A stretch of 64,000 nucleotides of DNA, taken from Thermodesulfobacteriota bacterium (GTDB taxonomy: Bacteria > Desulfobacterota > Desulfobulbia > Desulfobulbales > SURF-16). The notes under the pieces are model-generated. The model was not told the origin of the DNA and did no database searches. It saw nothing but the letters and a program-made list of their open reading frames with translations. Position 1 is the stretch's first letter. Each line of letters opens with the position of its first letter. Positions 15,811-25,488 of the stretch are shown here, one piece after another. The stretch spans positions 21,574 to 85,573 of the forward strand of contig JBMONO010000011.1 in NCBI GenBank assembly GCA_049323655.1, given 5' to 3'. Both the position numbers and the translations under genes were made by a program.

Positions 15811-17280
15811 TTACATTTTCACCTGCCAGCTTGTCGTCCCATCCGTCTCATCCTTGATCTCGATCGTGAGGGCCAGGAGCTGATCGCGGATCTCGTCGGC
15901 CCGGGCCCAGTCTTTTTGCTCCCGCGCCTGCCGCCGGAGTTCGATCATGTCAGTGATCGTCTTTTCGTCAATCTCCAGCCCGGCCAGGATTTTTTGTTGT
16001 CTTTCGGTGATGTAGGCAACCGGATCCCGGCGCAGCAGCCCCATGACGCCCATTACTTCCCGGATCCTGTCGGCGCCGGTGCGGAGCAGTTTTAGGTCAG
16101 AGTCTGCCGGTTTGTCGGGCAGGGCCTGCCGGATGGTGTTCAGCGCCTTGACGACCTCAAAGACGTGGCCCATGGCCTGGGCGCTGTTAAAATCATTATC
16201 CATTGCCTGGGTGAAACGGTCAATCAGCGATTCGATTTTGACAATGTTTTTTTTGCCGGCAACCGCTTTTGCGTCGGCGTCGCCCTGTTCCGGCAATCCG
16301 GCGATTTCCGCCAGGCAGGTGTAAAGTCGATTCAGGCCGGTCTCCGCATCTTTCATCGCGGTCTCGGAAAAATCAAGCGGGGTGCGGTAATGGGTGGAAA
16401 AAACGAAAAAGCGCAGCACCTCCGCCGGATATTTTTCCAGAATTTCCCGGATGGTGAGAAAGTTGCCCAGGGATTTGGACATCTTTTCATCCTTGATGGT
16501 GACAAAGCCGTGATGGATCCAGGTGGAGACAAAGGGTTTGCCGGAGGCCGCCTCGCTCTGGGCGATTTCATTTTCATGATGGGGAAAGACCAGGTCCTTG
16601 CCGCCGCCGTGGATGTCAAAACTCTCGCCGAGGTACTTGCGACTCATGGCGGAGCATTCAATGTGCCAGCCGGGCCGGCCCGGTCCCCACGGACTGTCCC
16701 ATTGCGGCTCCCCCGGCTTGCTGCTTTTCCAGAGGGCGAAATCCATGGGATGCTGCTTCTGTTCATTGATGGAGATCCGGGCGCCAGCCATCATGTCGTC
16801 GAGGTTGCGGCCCGAGAGGGAGCCGTAGGTGGAAAACTGTTCGACCCGGAAATAGACGTCGCCGCCCACCTCATAGGCATAGCCCTTGGCGATCAGATCC
16901 TCGATGATGGCGATGATTTCCGGAATATTCTCGGTTGCCTTTGGTTCGATGTCCGGCGGCAGATTGCCGAGGCTTGCCATGTCTTCATGGAACGCGTCAA
17001 TAAAACGATTGGCAAGTTCTTCGGTTGTGGTATTTTGCTCCAGCGCGCGTTTGATGATCTTGTCGTCGATGTCGGTAAAGTTGCGGACATAGGTGACCTT
17101 GTAGCCGACATAGCGCAGATAGCGGACGATCAGATCAAAGACCAGAGTGGAGCGGGCATGGCCGATATGGCAATAGTCATAGGCGGTGATGCCGCAGACA
17201 TAGAGTTTGACATGATTGTCTGCCAACGGGGTGAATGGCTCTTTCCGGCCGGTTTTTGTGTTGTAAATGGCAACGGTCAT
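15811..17280 (-). CDS. cysS: Cysteine--tRNA ligase
   Basis: YVCGITAY, HIGH, PGWHIECSAM, KMSKS; start reassigned to MTVAIYNT (17280). Confidence 0.96.
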   Translation of the reverse strand: MTVAIYNTKTGRKEPFTPLADNHVKLYVCGITAYDYCHIGHARSTLVFDLIVRYLRYVGYKVTYVRNFTDIDDKIIKRALEQNTTTEELANRFIDAFHEDMASLGNLPPDIEPKATENIPEIIAIIEDLIAKGYAYEVGGDVYFRVEQFSTYGSLSGRNLDDMMAGARISINEQKQHPMDFALWKSSKPGEPQWDSPWGPGRPGWHIECSAMSRKYLGESFDIHGGGKDLVFPHHENEIAQSEAASGKPFVSTWIHHGFVTIKDEKMSKSLGNFLTIREILEKYPAEVLRFFVFSTHYRTPLDFSETAMKDAETGLNRLYTCLAEIAGLPEQGDADAKAVAGKKNIVKIESLIDRFTQAMDNDFNSAQAMGHVFEVVKALNTIRQALPDKPADSDLKLLRTGADRIREVMGVMGLLRRDPVAYITERQQKILAGLEIDEKTITDMIELRRQAREQKDWARADEIRDQLLALTIEIKDETDGTTSWQVKM

Positions 17281-17394
17281 GGATGCTCCGCGTATAATGT
17301 GCATATGTCTGGAAAGTGTGTCGCAAAAAAATATCTTATACCCTTTTCGTGCAACTGAATCAACTATCGTTATTATTCTGACCGGGACACTCTG

Positions 17395-17850
17395 ATGGAA
17401 AAAGTACTGCTGGATAAAAATCTGCCGAACGGCATGCGGGTAACGTTTTTTGATGAATCGAAAAAGGTGGCTGCTGACCGCTGGCTGGTCAGGATCCGCT
17501 GTGAAGCGGTTTTGACGCCGGCTGACGAGATGTTTCCAAACGACGCCGAGGCCGAGCTGCGGCTGGAGTTCATGGGAAAATATGGCGCCGGGGTACGCCA
17601 TGTTATTGTCAAGGAGCGCAATTTTATCGATGAACGGGACCGTGATGCCGTTCGTGACGATTTGTTACGGCAACTGCTCGACAACGCCTTCGCTTATCTC
17701 AGCGGAGCACGCTTTCCGGGCAGCCTGCTGGAGAAGAAATTTGCCGATTTTCGGCAGGAGCGCGAGCTGGCCCGGCGCATGAGGGAACTGGCCGGGGATG
17801 AGGAAGATGAGGGCGGCCCGGCGGATTTTTCCTTCTGTTTCCGGGACTAG
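17395..17850 (+). CDS. Conserved hypothetical protein
   Basis: 151-aa ORF divergent from cysS with plausible codon usage; DESKKVAADRW and ERNFID segments; no family recognised. Confidence 0.6.
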   Translation: MEKVLLDKNLPNGMRVTFFDESKKVAADRWLVRIRCEAVLTPADEMFPNDAEAELRLEFMGKYGAGVRHVIVKERNFIDERDRDAVRDDLLRQLLDNAFAYLSGARFPGSLLEKKFADFRQERELARRMRELAGDEEDEGGPADFSFCFRD

Positions 17851-17869
17851 TTGTTTTTTTTCTTTGTTC

Positions 17870-17898
17870 TTGACAAAATATGGCGGGAAAAGCATAGT
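17870..17898 (+). promoter_or_regulatory. Putative sigma70 promoter for the serA operon
   Basis: TTGACA-17 nt-CATAGT. Confidence 0.55.
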
Positions 17899-17938
17899 AT
17901 TCTGTTTTATTTAAGCGGTATTTTGAAGATATTGTTTT

Positions 17939-18043
17939 GTCGGAATCGTAAAAAAAAAACGACGCTTCCGACGGGCGGAGTATTGTTACTCGTTGTTTTC
18001 GCTTTCCCGCCTGCCATGGTTTGCCGGTTTTTGCGAGACCATC
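17939..18043 (+). repeat. Intergenic element, family B, copy 1
   Basis: GTCGGAATCGTAAAAA...TTTCCCGCCTGCCATGGTTTGC..TTTTTGCGAGACCATC; matches 21018-21116 and (reversed) 46505-46568. Confidence 0.75.
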
Positions 18044-18089
18044 ATTGTTTTGGATAATTTCTTGTTTTTTTATGTGAAAAGGAGCGGTC

Positions 18090-19685
18090 ATGAAGGTACT
18101 TATCAGTGATAATCTGGCCCCGGTGGGAGCGAAGATTCTGCAGGATGCCGGGCTTGAAGTCGACATCAAGACGGGAATGAGCCCGGAGGAGTTGAAAAAG
18201 GAAATCGGCCAGTATGACGGCCTGGTCATCCGCAGCGCCACCAAGGTAACCGCCGAAATCATCGAGGCGGCGGACAGGCTCAAGGTTGTCGGTCGCGCCG
18301 GCATTGGTCTTGATAACGTCGATGTGGCCGCTGCCAGCAAACGGGGTATCGTCGTTATGAACGCGCCGGATGGCAATGCCACCACCGCGGCGGAACACGC
18401 CATTGCCATGATGATGTCCCTGACCCGCAATATTCCCCAGGCAACCGCCCGGCTTAAGGCCGGCGGCTGGGATAAGAAAAAGTTCCAGGGCCGCGAAGTG
18501 ACCGGCAAGACGCTGGGCATTGTCGGCATCGGTCGGATCGGTGCCATTGTCGCCAACCGGGCCCAGGGGTTGCAGATGAAGGTGATCGCCTATGATCCGC
18601 ACATGCCGAAAGACCTCGTTGACAAGCTGGGGGTTGAACTGGTCAGCCTGGAGGATCTCTGCAAACGGGCGGATTACATTTCCGTGCATGTGCCGTTGAC
18701 CAAGGAAACCAGTAAGCTGATCGGTCCCGATCAGTTCAAGCTGATGAAAAAATCGGCCATGTTCATTGACTGCGCCCGCGGCGGGGTTGTAGACGAGGCT
18801 GCCCTCTATGATGCATTGAAGAATAACGTGATTGCCGGTGCGGCCCTCGATGTCTTTGAAAAGGAGCCGACCTCTCTGGAGACGACGCCGCTGCTGGCCC
18901 TCGACAACTTTATCTGCACCCCCCATCTGGGCGCGTCAACCGCCGAGGCCCAGGAAAATGTCGCGGTGACCATCGCCGAGCAGATCGCCGATTATCTGCT
19001 CAATAATACAGTGGCAAACGCGGTGAACGTTCCCTCGGTCAGCGCCGAGGTACTCTCCAAGGTGCGGCCATATGTCACCCTTGCCGAGATGCTCGGCTCT
19101 TTTCATATGCAGATCGCCAGAGGCAGCGTGGAAGAGGTCAACATCGAGTTCAACGGCGATCTCGCCGAGATGCAGACCGGTCCAATTACTGTTGCTTTTC
19201 TGAAGGGGCTTTTTACCCCGATTCTCAAGGATGCGGTCAACTTTGTCAATGCGCCGATGATCGCCAGGGAGCGTGGCATTCGGGTGATCGAGTCAAAAAC
19301 CGCGGATTCCGATGATTTTACCAATCTGCTTTCCGTGCGGGTAAAGACATCGGAGGATGAAAACGTGCTGGCCGGCACCGTGTTCGGTAAAAAAGAGCCG
19401 CGTCTGGTCCGCCTCAACACCTTCCGGCTTGAGGCCCTGCCCGATGGGCCGATGCTGTTTGTTTACAACCGCGACGTGCCGGGTGTTATCGGTTCGTTGG
19501 GTGTGACGCTGGGGAATTTCGGTGTCAATATCTCCAGGATGACGGTCGGCCGGGAATCGGGTGAGGGTGATCAGTCCCGCAATGTCATCCTCCTCAATAC
19601 CGATACCCTGGTCACCAAAGAGCAGTTGGAACGCGTCAAGGAGCTGGCCAATATCGACAGCGCCATGGTGCTTGATCTGAGCTGA
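18090..19685 (+). CDS. serA: D-3-phosphoglycerate dehydrogenase
   Basis: GRAGIGLDNVD, GIGRIG, TPHLGAST, C-terminal ACT domain. Confidence 0.96.
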   Translation: MKVLISDNLAPVGAKILQDAGLEVDIKTGMSPEELKKEIGQYDGLVIRSATKVTAEIIEAADRLKVVGRAGIGLDNVDVAAASKRGIVVMNAPDGNATTAAEHAIAMMMSLTRNIPQATARLKAGGWDKKKFQGREVTGKTLGIVGIGRIGAIVANRAQGLQMKVIAYDPHMPKDLVDKLGVELVSLEDLCKRADYISVHVPLTKETSKLIGPDQFKLMKKSAMFIDCARGGVVDEAALYDALKNNVIAGAALDVFEKEPTSLETTPLLALDNFICTPHLGASTAEAQENVAVTIAEQIADYLLNNTVANAVNVPSVSAEVLSKVRPYVTLAEMLGSFHMQIARGSVEEVNIEFNGDLAEMQTGPITVAFLKGLFTPILKDAVNFVNAPMIARERGIRVIESKTADSDDFTNLLSVRVKTSEDENVLAGTVFGKKEPRLVRLNTFRLEALPDGPMLFVYNRDVPGVIGSLGVTLGNFGVNISRMTVGRESGEGDQSRNVILLNTDTLVTKEQLERVKELANIDSAMVLDLS

Positions 19686-19693
19686 TTATTTCG

Positions 19694-20014
19694 ATGGGTG
19701 AATTGATGGACGAGGCGGAGAAAAAATGTCGATGCGCCGGCGGTAAGATGGTGGATGGCAAATGTGTGATGCCGGAGGTCACCTTTGCCGCATTTGTCAT
19801 GTCTCTCAATACCTCGGCTCTTTTTCATCTTGGCGAGATCGCCGATCCGGCAACCGGGGTGAAAAAACTCGATCTTGTCCTGGCCAAACATACGATCGAT
19901 ACCCTCAATGTCCTGAAAGAGAAGACCAAGGGGAACCTGACCGAGGACGAGGAGAATATGCTCGGCAAGTTTCTCTATGATCTGAAGATGCGTTATGTGA
20001 AGGCGCAGTCGTAA
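19694..20014 (+). CDS. DUF1844 domain protein
   Basis: F..FVMSL...AL.HLG, AKHTIDTL..LKEKTKGNL, LYDLKMRYV. Confidence 0.85.
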   Translation: MGELMDEAEKKCRCAGGKMVDGKCVMPEVTFAAFVMSLNTSALFHLGEIADPATGVKKLDLVLAKHTIDTLNVLKEKTKGNLTEDEENMLGKFLYDLKMRYVKAQS

Positions 20015-20893
20015 ATGGAATCCGGTCTCCTGCGTCTTGCCGCACCGGCCAAGGTCAATGTCTTTCTCCGGGTGGTCGGCCGCAGGCCGGATGGTTACCA
20101 TGATCTGGTCACCTGGATGCAGAAGATCGACCTGGTCGACCATCTTGACATGGAAAGGACAGCAGCGGGCATTACCCTGCACTGTCCTGACTCGGCTTTG
20201 CCGGAGGGCGAAGGCAATTTGGCCTATCGGGCGGCCCGGCTTTTTTTTCTGAAGACCGGGGTGACCGGCGGCGTGGCAATCACCCTGGAAAAACGGATCC
20301 CGGTTGCGGCCGGTCTCGGCGGTGGCAGCAGCGATGCGGCCGCGGTATTAAAGGGGCTGCGGAGCCTGTATCCTGGGTCGTCATTAACTGATGCGGAGAT
20401 GCTGGAGCTGGGGCTGGCCTTGGGCGCCGATGTTCCTTTTTTTGTCTCTGAACTGAACTCGGCGCTGGCAACGGGGGTCGGCGAAAAGCTTGTCCCCAGA
20501 GAGCCCCTGCAGGGCTGTTTGGTTCTGCTGGTCAATCCCGGTTTCCCGGTTTCGACAAAATGGGTCTTTGCGCAGCTGGACAGCGGCTATGACGGCAGTT
20601 TTGCGTTGACAAGGCCGGACAATACATTTAAAGTATTCGCCTTGCCGGGTAAAGGGCGGAGGGAAGCGATCGGTAACGACCTTGAGTCGGTGACGGCGGG
20701 TCGTTATCCGGAAATCGAGGAAATCAAATCGTTGCTGACGACAGAGGGGGCGGATGTCGCCCTGATGACCGGCAGTGGACCGACGGTTTTCGGTCTTTTT
20801 TCGAATCCGGCAAGGGCAGCGCAATGCCGGGACAGGCTGCGGGAAAGATACCCGAGCGGGGTATTTCTTGCGAAACCCCTCACGTCATTCTGA
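20015..20893 (+). CDS. ispE: 4-diphosphocytidyl-2-C-methyl-D-erythritol kinase
   Basis: APAKVN, KRIPVAAGLGGGSSDAA, LGADVPFF, NDLE, MTGSGPTVF. Confidence 0.95.
   Translation: MESGLLRLAAPAKVNVFLRVVGRRPDGYHDLVTWMQKIDLVDHLDMERTAAGITLHCPDSALPEGEGNLAYRAARLFFLKTGVTGGVAITLEKRIPVAAGLGGGSSDAAAVLKGLRSLYPGSSLTDAEMLELGLALGADVPFFVSELNSALATGVGEKLVPREPLQGCLVLLVNPGFPVSTKWVFAQLDSGYDGSFALTRPDNTFKVFALPGKGRREAIGNDLESVTAGRYPEIEEIKSLLTTEGADVALMTGSGPTVFGLFSNPARAAQCRDRLRERYPSGVFLAKPLTSF
20606..20634 (+). promoter_or_regulatory. Putative sigma70 promoter inside ispE for tRNA-Gln-prs-rplY-pth
   Basis: TTGACA-17 nt-TAAAGT within an AT-rich patch of the coding sequence. Confidence 0.55.
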
Positions 20894-20911
20894 GTGACGC
20901 TTTGTGTGAAC

Positions 20912-20986
20912 TGGGGCGTCGTCAAGCGGTAAGACACAAGACTTTGACTCTTGCATTCGTAGGTTCGAATCCTGCCGCCCCAGCCA
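20912..20986 (+). tRNA. tRNA-Gln(TTG)
   Basis: TGGGGCGTCGTCAAGCGGTAAGACACAAGACTTTGACTCTTG...GGTTCGAATCC...CCAGCCA; canonical ispE-tRNA-Gln-prs synteny. Confidence 0.96.
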
Positions 20987-21017
20987 TTTGCATTTTCTTT
21001 GACAATCAGCACTCATT

Positions 21018-21116
21018 GTCGGAATCGTCAAAGCCACGATTTCGACTGGCCGTGCTTTGTGGCTCGATGCTTTCACTTTCCCGCCTGCCATGGTTTGCGG
21101 GTTTTACGAGACCATC
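21018..21116 (+). repeat. Intergenic element, family B, copy 2
   Basis: GTCGGAATCGTCAAA...TTTCCCGCCTGCCATGGTTTGC.GGTTTTACGAGACCATC. Confidence 0.75.
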
Positions 21117-21209
21117 ACTTTTTTTTGATGCAATCGCAAAAAAAATATATGTTGCTTCCGGCCGGCGGCGCGCTGAAGGAGGCACAACGGAAAGAAGACG
21201 GACGGTATC

Positions 21210-22160
21210 ATGGGCAGCCTTAAAGACATCATGATTTTCAGCGGGAACGCCAATCGGCCTCTGGCTAAAGATATTTGTCAGCATCTGAAAATGGAACTCA
21301 GCAAGGCTGATGTCAGAAAATTCAGCGACGGTGAAACGTATGTTGAAATAGGCGAAAATGTTCGTGGTAAGGATATTTTTGTCGTCCAGCCGACTTGTAC
21401 CCCGGTCAACGACCATTTAATGGAACTAATTCTGATGGCCGATGCCCTTCGCCGTGCATCGGCTCGCCGTATTACTGCGGTCATGCCCTATTACGGGTAT
21501 GCCAGGCAGGACCGCAAGGTAGCGCCCCGGGTGCCTATTTCGGCCAGGGTGGTCGCTGAAATGCTGATGGCGGTCGGCGTTCGCCGCGTGCTGACCATGG
21601 ATTTGCATTCCGGGCAGATACAGGGTTTTTTTAATATTCCGGTTGACAACCTTTATGCCGCCCCTGTTCTTCTGCGCAATATTTCGCAACTTTTTGCCGG
21701 AAAAGAGGTTATCATGGTTTCCCCGGATGCCGGTGGTGTTGAACGAACCCGAGCCTTTGCCAAAAGGCTTGATGCCGGACTTGCCATCATTGATAAGAGA
21801 AGGGAAAGGGCGAATCAATCTCAGGCAATGAATGTCATCGGCAACGTTGCCGGCAAGCATGCCGTTCTCCTTGATGACATGGTTGATACTGCAGGAACAT
21901 TGTGTCAGGCTGCTGAGATTCTTGTCAAGGAGGGTGCGAAGGAGGTTTATGCCTATTGCACCCATGCGGTTCTTTCCGGTCCGGCGATTGAGCGTATCTC
22001 AAACTCCTGTATCACGAAGCTCTTCGTCACCAATACCATCCCGTTGACAAGTGCGGCGCAGCAGTGCAGCAAGATCAGCGTCCTCTCCGTTTCAGCCCTG
22101 CTGGGAGATTCGATACGCTGCATTCATTCCGAGGATTCGGTCAGCTCGCTGTTCGTGTGA
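21210..22160 (+). CDS. prs: Ribose-phosphate pyrophosphokinase
   Basis: [35 protein letters not shown]. Confidence 0.97.
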   Translation: MGSLKDIMIFSGNANRPLAKDICQHLKMELSKADVRKFSDGETYVEIGENVRGKDIFVVQPTCTPVNDHLMELILMADALRRASARRITAVMPYYGYARQDRKVAPRVPISARVVAEMLMAVGVRRVLTMDLHSGQIQGFFNIPVDNLYAAPVLLRNISQLFAGKEVIMVSPDAGGVERTRAFAKRLDAGLAIIDKRRERANQSQAMNVIGNVAGKHAVLLDDMVDTAGTLCQAAEILVKEGAKEVYAYCTHAVLSGPAIERISNSCITKLFVTNTIPLTSAAQQCSKISVLSVSALLGDSIRCIHSEDSVSSLFV

Positions 22161-22161
22161 C

Positions 22162-22276
22162 GGGAGTGGCGCTGGAGAGAAGTATGCATTTCGAGGAATG
22201 AGGCGTACTTGGGGACGCCGCAGTGACGAGATACTATGCAGCAACGAAACAGTTGGCGACTTTTTGCGGCGCCATC
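22162..22276. repeat. Degenerate intergenic element, family C
   Basis: Right end GACTTTTTGCGGCGCCATC resembles the family A/B termini; internal GAGGAATGAGGCGTAC...ACGCCGCAGTGACGAG; left end eroded. Confidence 0.5.
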
Positions 22277-22358
22277 AAATGTTTGAAGTGTGTTACAGGT
22301 CATGAACACTCGTTATTGAGTGTATGAAAAGAGTTTACCGTTTGAGGAGGAGTAAATC

Positions 22359-22934
22359 ATGATACAGATCGATGTATCTGCTCAGGTGAGAAAAAATTTT
22401 GGTAAAGGTGCTGCGCGGACGTTGCGCCGCTCAGGTAAAACTCCAGCGGTTCTGTATGGGCCGAAAAACGAACCCGTGTCCCTGATTCTTGACACCCATT
22501 CCTTTACCCAGTCCCTGCTCCTTTTGCAGAGACGGAATGCGGTATTAAACATTGACATTGATAACGAGGTCGGCCAGGAAAAGCGTCATGTTGTAATCAA
22601 AGAGATCCAGGTCGACCCGATCTCGAACAGTCTTGAACATGCAGATTTTTATGAAATCGACCTTTCCGCTCCGGCGGTTTTCACTGTTCCGGTCAAATAT
22701 CACGGCAAGGCCCGTGGTGTCGAGATGGGCGGCGATATGAGCGTATTCGTCAATCAGGTCAAATTGAAGGGGAACCCCCTTGATATTCCTGACGTGATCG
22801 AGGTGGATGTCGCTCCTTTGGGAACGAATGAGCAGTATACATGTCAGGATTTGCCGTTGCCAGCTGCCGTGACCCTGGTCGACAAAAAAGACAAGGTGTG
22901 CGTTGCGGTCAACGCTCCAGTCAAGGCTGCCTAA
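22359..22934 (+). CDS. rplY: 50S ribosomal protein L25/Ctc
   Basis: GKGAARTLRRSGKTPAVLYG, KEIQVDP, HADFY. Confidence 0.95.
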   Translation: MIQIDVSAQVRKNFGKGAARTLRRSGKTPAVLYGPKNEPVSLILDTHSFTQSLLLLQRRNAVLNIDIDNEVGQEKRHVVIKEIQVDPISNSLEHADFYEIDLSAPAVFTVPVKYHGKARGVEMGGDMSVFVNQVKLKGNPLDIPDVIEVDVAPLGTNEQYTCQDLPLPAAVTLVDKKDKVCVAVNAPVKAA

Positions 22935-23104
22935 GTTTTGTAACTCGTTTCTTTCGATTTTTGGCCGGGAAGAGGTGATCCTTTTCCCGGTTTTTGTTTG
23001 TCTGTTCCTGCCTTGCCCCGTTTCCTTGGCTGATGTCGTCCGAGTTCGCCCCCTGCGGCAAGCTTTTTCCGGTTTTGGCGGAACGTTACTCTTTCTGGTG
23101 TTCT

Positions 23105-23695
23105 ATGTTTCTGGTGGTCGGATTGGGTAATCCGGGCAGACACTATCAACTGACCCGGCACAATGTCGGTTTCCTCTGCGCGGATTATCTCGCCGAATTG
23201 CTGCGTGTTGATTTTGTTTCAAGCAAGTGGCAGTCTGAGGTTGCCCGCGGTGTTGTCGAAGGCTGCCAGGTGATTCTTGCCAAACCGCAAACCTACATGA
23301 ACAGAAGTGGCAGTGCGGTTCAGGCTCTTGCCGCTTTTTATAAGATCCCTCCGGAAAAAATTATCGTTATTCATGATGATCTCGATATGGCCCCGGGGTG
23401 TCTGAAAGTGGTTGTCAACCGCGGGGCTGGAGGGCACAACGGGATACGTTCACTCATTTCCCATCTCGGCTGTCAAAGCTTTATCCGCATCAAAATCGGT
23501 ATCGGCAAGCCGATCGATGGGCTGGATGTCGAATCCTATGTGTTGCGGGAGTTGTCCTCCGATGAGCATGTCATGCTGGTGCACATGCAAAAAATTGTTG
23601 CTGATGCGGTGTCTCTCATTGTCAGCAAAGGGGTTGAGGCGGCAATGAACCGGATTAATTGTCTCAAGCGTCTCGTTGTGGATAACACCCCCTGA
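23105..23695 (+). CDS. pth: Peptidyl-tRNA hydrolase
   Basis: LVVGLGNPG, TRHNVGF, KPQTYMNRSG, HDDLD, GGHNG. Confidence 0.96.
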   Translation: MFLVVGLGNPGRHYQLTRHNVGFLCADYLAELLRVDFVSSKWQSEVARGVVEGCQVILAKPQTYMNRSGSAVQALAAFYKIPPEKIIVIHDDLDMAPGCLKVVVNRGAGGHNGIRSLISHLGCQSFIRIKIGIGKPIDGLDVESYVLRELSSDEHVMLVHMQKIVADAVSLIVSKGVEAAMNRINCLKRLVVDNTP

Positions 23696-23957
23696 CTGTC
23701 CGGCTGTCTCCACCCTGTCACCATGTTCGGCACCTTTCGAACGATTGTTTGCCAAAAGCGACATGACATGGTAATATAATACATTATGTATTGAAATGCC
23801 GGAGACGTGAAAGACTCGTCATCAGCCGGACTACTACCCATTCGCCCTTGAGGCATTTCTGTGCCATCACGCTCCACGGCGATTGATCGACTGTTTGCGA
23901 GACCGTCTAACATTGTTGTGCCGTTTTTTTTAAATTGAGGCAGGCAAGGGGGAAGGT

Positions 23958-24440
23958 GTGTTCAATAAAGGCGATATGGCGGTGTATCCCGCCCACGGTG
24001 TTGGTGTCATCCAGGCGATTGAAAACAGACTGGTCGGAGATCGTATGCAATCTTTTTATGTCATGCGGATCATCGACACCAGTATGGTGGTCATGATTCC
24101 CACCTCCACCAGTGAAAACGTCGGCCTGCGTGGTATCATCTCTTCTGCTGAGGCGGAAAGGGTATTTGATATTCTGAAAGACAGGGATGTCGAAATCCAG
24201 TCGCAGCCGTGGAATCAGCGTTACCGGCAGTATATGGAAAAGATCAAAACCGGTTCTGTCTATAAGATAGCCGGCGTGCTGCGTGACCTCTATCTGCTGA
24301 AAGAAGACAAGGATCTCTCTTTCGGGGAGAGAAAGATGCTGGATACGGCCAAAAGTCTTCTGATGAAGGAGATTGCCCTCGCCAATAAGGTGCGCGAGGA
24401 TCAGGTCGAAAAAGACATTGAACGCATATTCGATAACTGA
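23958..24440 (+). CDS. carD: CarD/CdnL-family RNA polymerase-binding regulator
   Basis: FNKGDMAVYPAHGVG, WNQRYR, LSFGERKML. Confidence 0.93.
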   Translation: MFNKGDMAVYPAHGVGVIQAIENRLVGDRMQSFYVMRIIDTSMVVMIPTSTSENVGLRGIISSAEAERVFDILKDRDVEIQSQPWNQRYRQYMEKIKTGSVYKIAGVLRDLYLLKEDKDLSFGERKMLDTAKSLLMKEIALANKVREDQVEKDIERIFDN

Positions 24441-24517
24441 CGGCGCGCCTTGATTGTCGCGTTTTCGCCTGCTTTCCGGTTGGTTTTTTTCGATTGAGTC
24501 ATCCAGATTCGCAGTTC

Positions 24518-25456
24518 ATGCGACAGAAGAATCTCACTCTTTCTGTCCTGCCCACCCAGACCGGCAAACGACTCGATCACCTGCTGAACGATCATCCCGG
24601 ATGTGCCGACCTGACTCGTTCCCGAATTCAACAGCTTATCCGGGGCGGGAATGTCCTGGTCGACGGTGAAGTGAAAAAAACCGGATATCGACTCCGTGGG
24701 GGCGAAACGATTCATATTGTTCTCCCGCCACCCGAGCCTTCTTCTCTTGTCCCTCAGGATCTCGATCTTCTCATTCTTTTTGAAGACAACGACGTCGTTG
24801 TTGTCGCGAAACCGCCCGGACTCGTTGTTCATCCATCCCATGGACATGGTAGCGGCACCCTGGTCCATGGTCTGCTTCATCACTGCTCCCACTTGTCCGG
24901 AAAAAGCGGCCTGATACGACCGGGAATTGTCCATCGTCTGGACAAGGATACCTCAGGCGTGATGGTGGCGGCAAAAACCGACATCGCACATCAGCGGCTG
25001 GTTGAACAATTCAAAGAAAGAACGGTACAAAAAACCTATCTGGCCATTCTTGCCGGTGTCCCGAAAGACAAGTCCGGTCGTCTTGTCACCATGATCGGAC
25101 GTCACCCTGTTGATCGGAAAAAGATGGCGGTTCTTGAAAGGGGTGGGCGTGAAGCGATCACCAACTGGCGTGTCCTTGAGGAATTCCCGAACGGTTTTTC
25201 CTTTGTCGAGGTGCGGCTGGAAACGGGCAGAACACATCAGATTCGTGTTCATATGGCGTATCTCAGCTGCCCTGTCGCCGGTGATCCGGTCTACGGGGGT
25301 AAAAAAAGCAACATTCCGGCGCCTCTGATTTCCCGTCAATGTCTGCATTCGCACGTTTTATCCTTTCGCCATCCGATTAGCGGCTTCCCAATGTCATTTG
25401 TTGCCCCCCTGTGGCCGGATATGGAGGAGGTTCTGCACCTGCTCCGAAATCCTTAG
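24518..25456 (+). CDS. rluD: RluA/RluD-family pseudouridine synthase with S4 domain
   Basis: RLD..L, KPPGLVVHP, GIVHRLDKDTSG, ETGRTHQIRVH. Confidence 0.92.
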   Translation: MRQKNLTLSVLPTQTGKRLDHLLNDHPGCADLTRSRIQQLIRGGNVLVDGEVKKTGYRLRGGETIHIVLPPPEPSSLVPQDLDLLILFEDNDVVVVAKPPGLVVHPSHGHGSGTLVHGLLHHCSHLSGKSGLIRPGIVHRLDKDTSGVMVAAKTDIAHQRLVEQFKERTVQKTYLAILAGVPKDKSGRLVTMIGRHPVDRKKMAVLERGGREAITNWRVLEEFPNGFSFVEVRLETGRTHQIRVHMAYLSCPVAGDPVYGGKKSNIPAPLISRQCLHSHVLSFRHPISGFPMSFVAPLWPDMEEVLHLLRNP

Positions 25457-25488
25457 CATTTTCCGTCAGCAGCATCCTGGTCGGCGTT

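Noticed and set aside
17281-17601. 107-aa N-terminal extension of CysS in the ORF track (likewise LeuS 38727-38888)
   Set aside because: The extensions overlap neighbouring genes and precede the conserved N-termini; they are longest-ORF artefacts.
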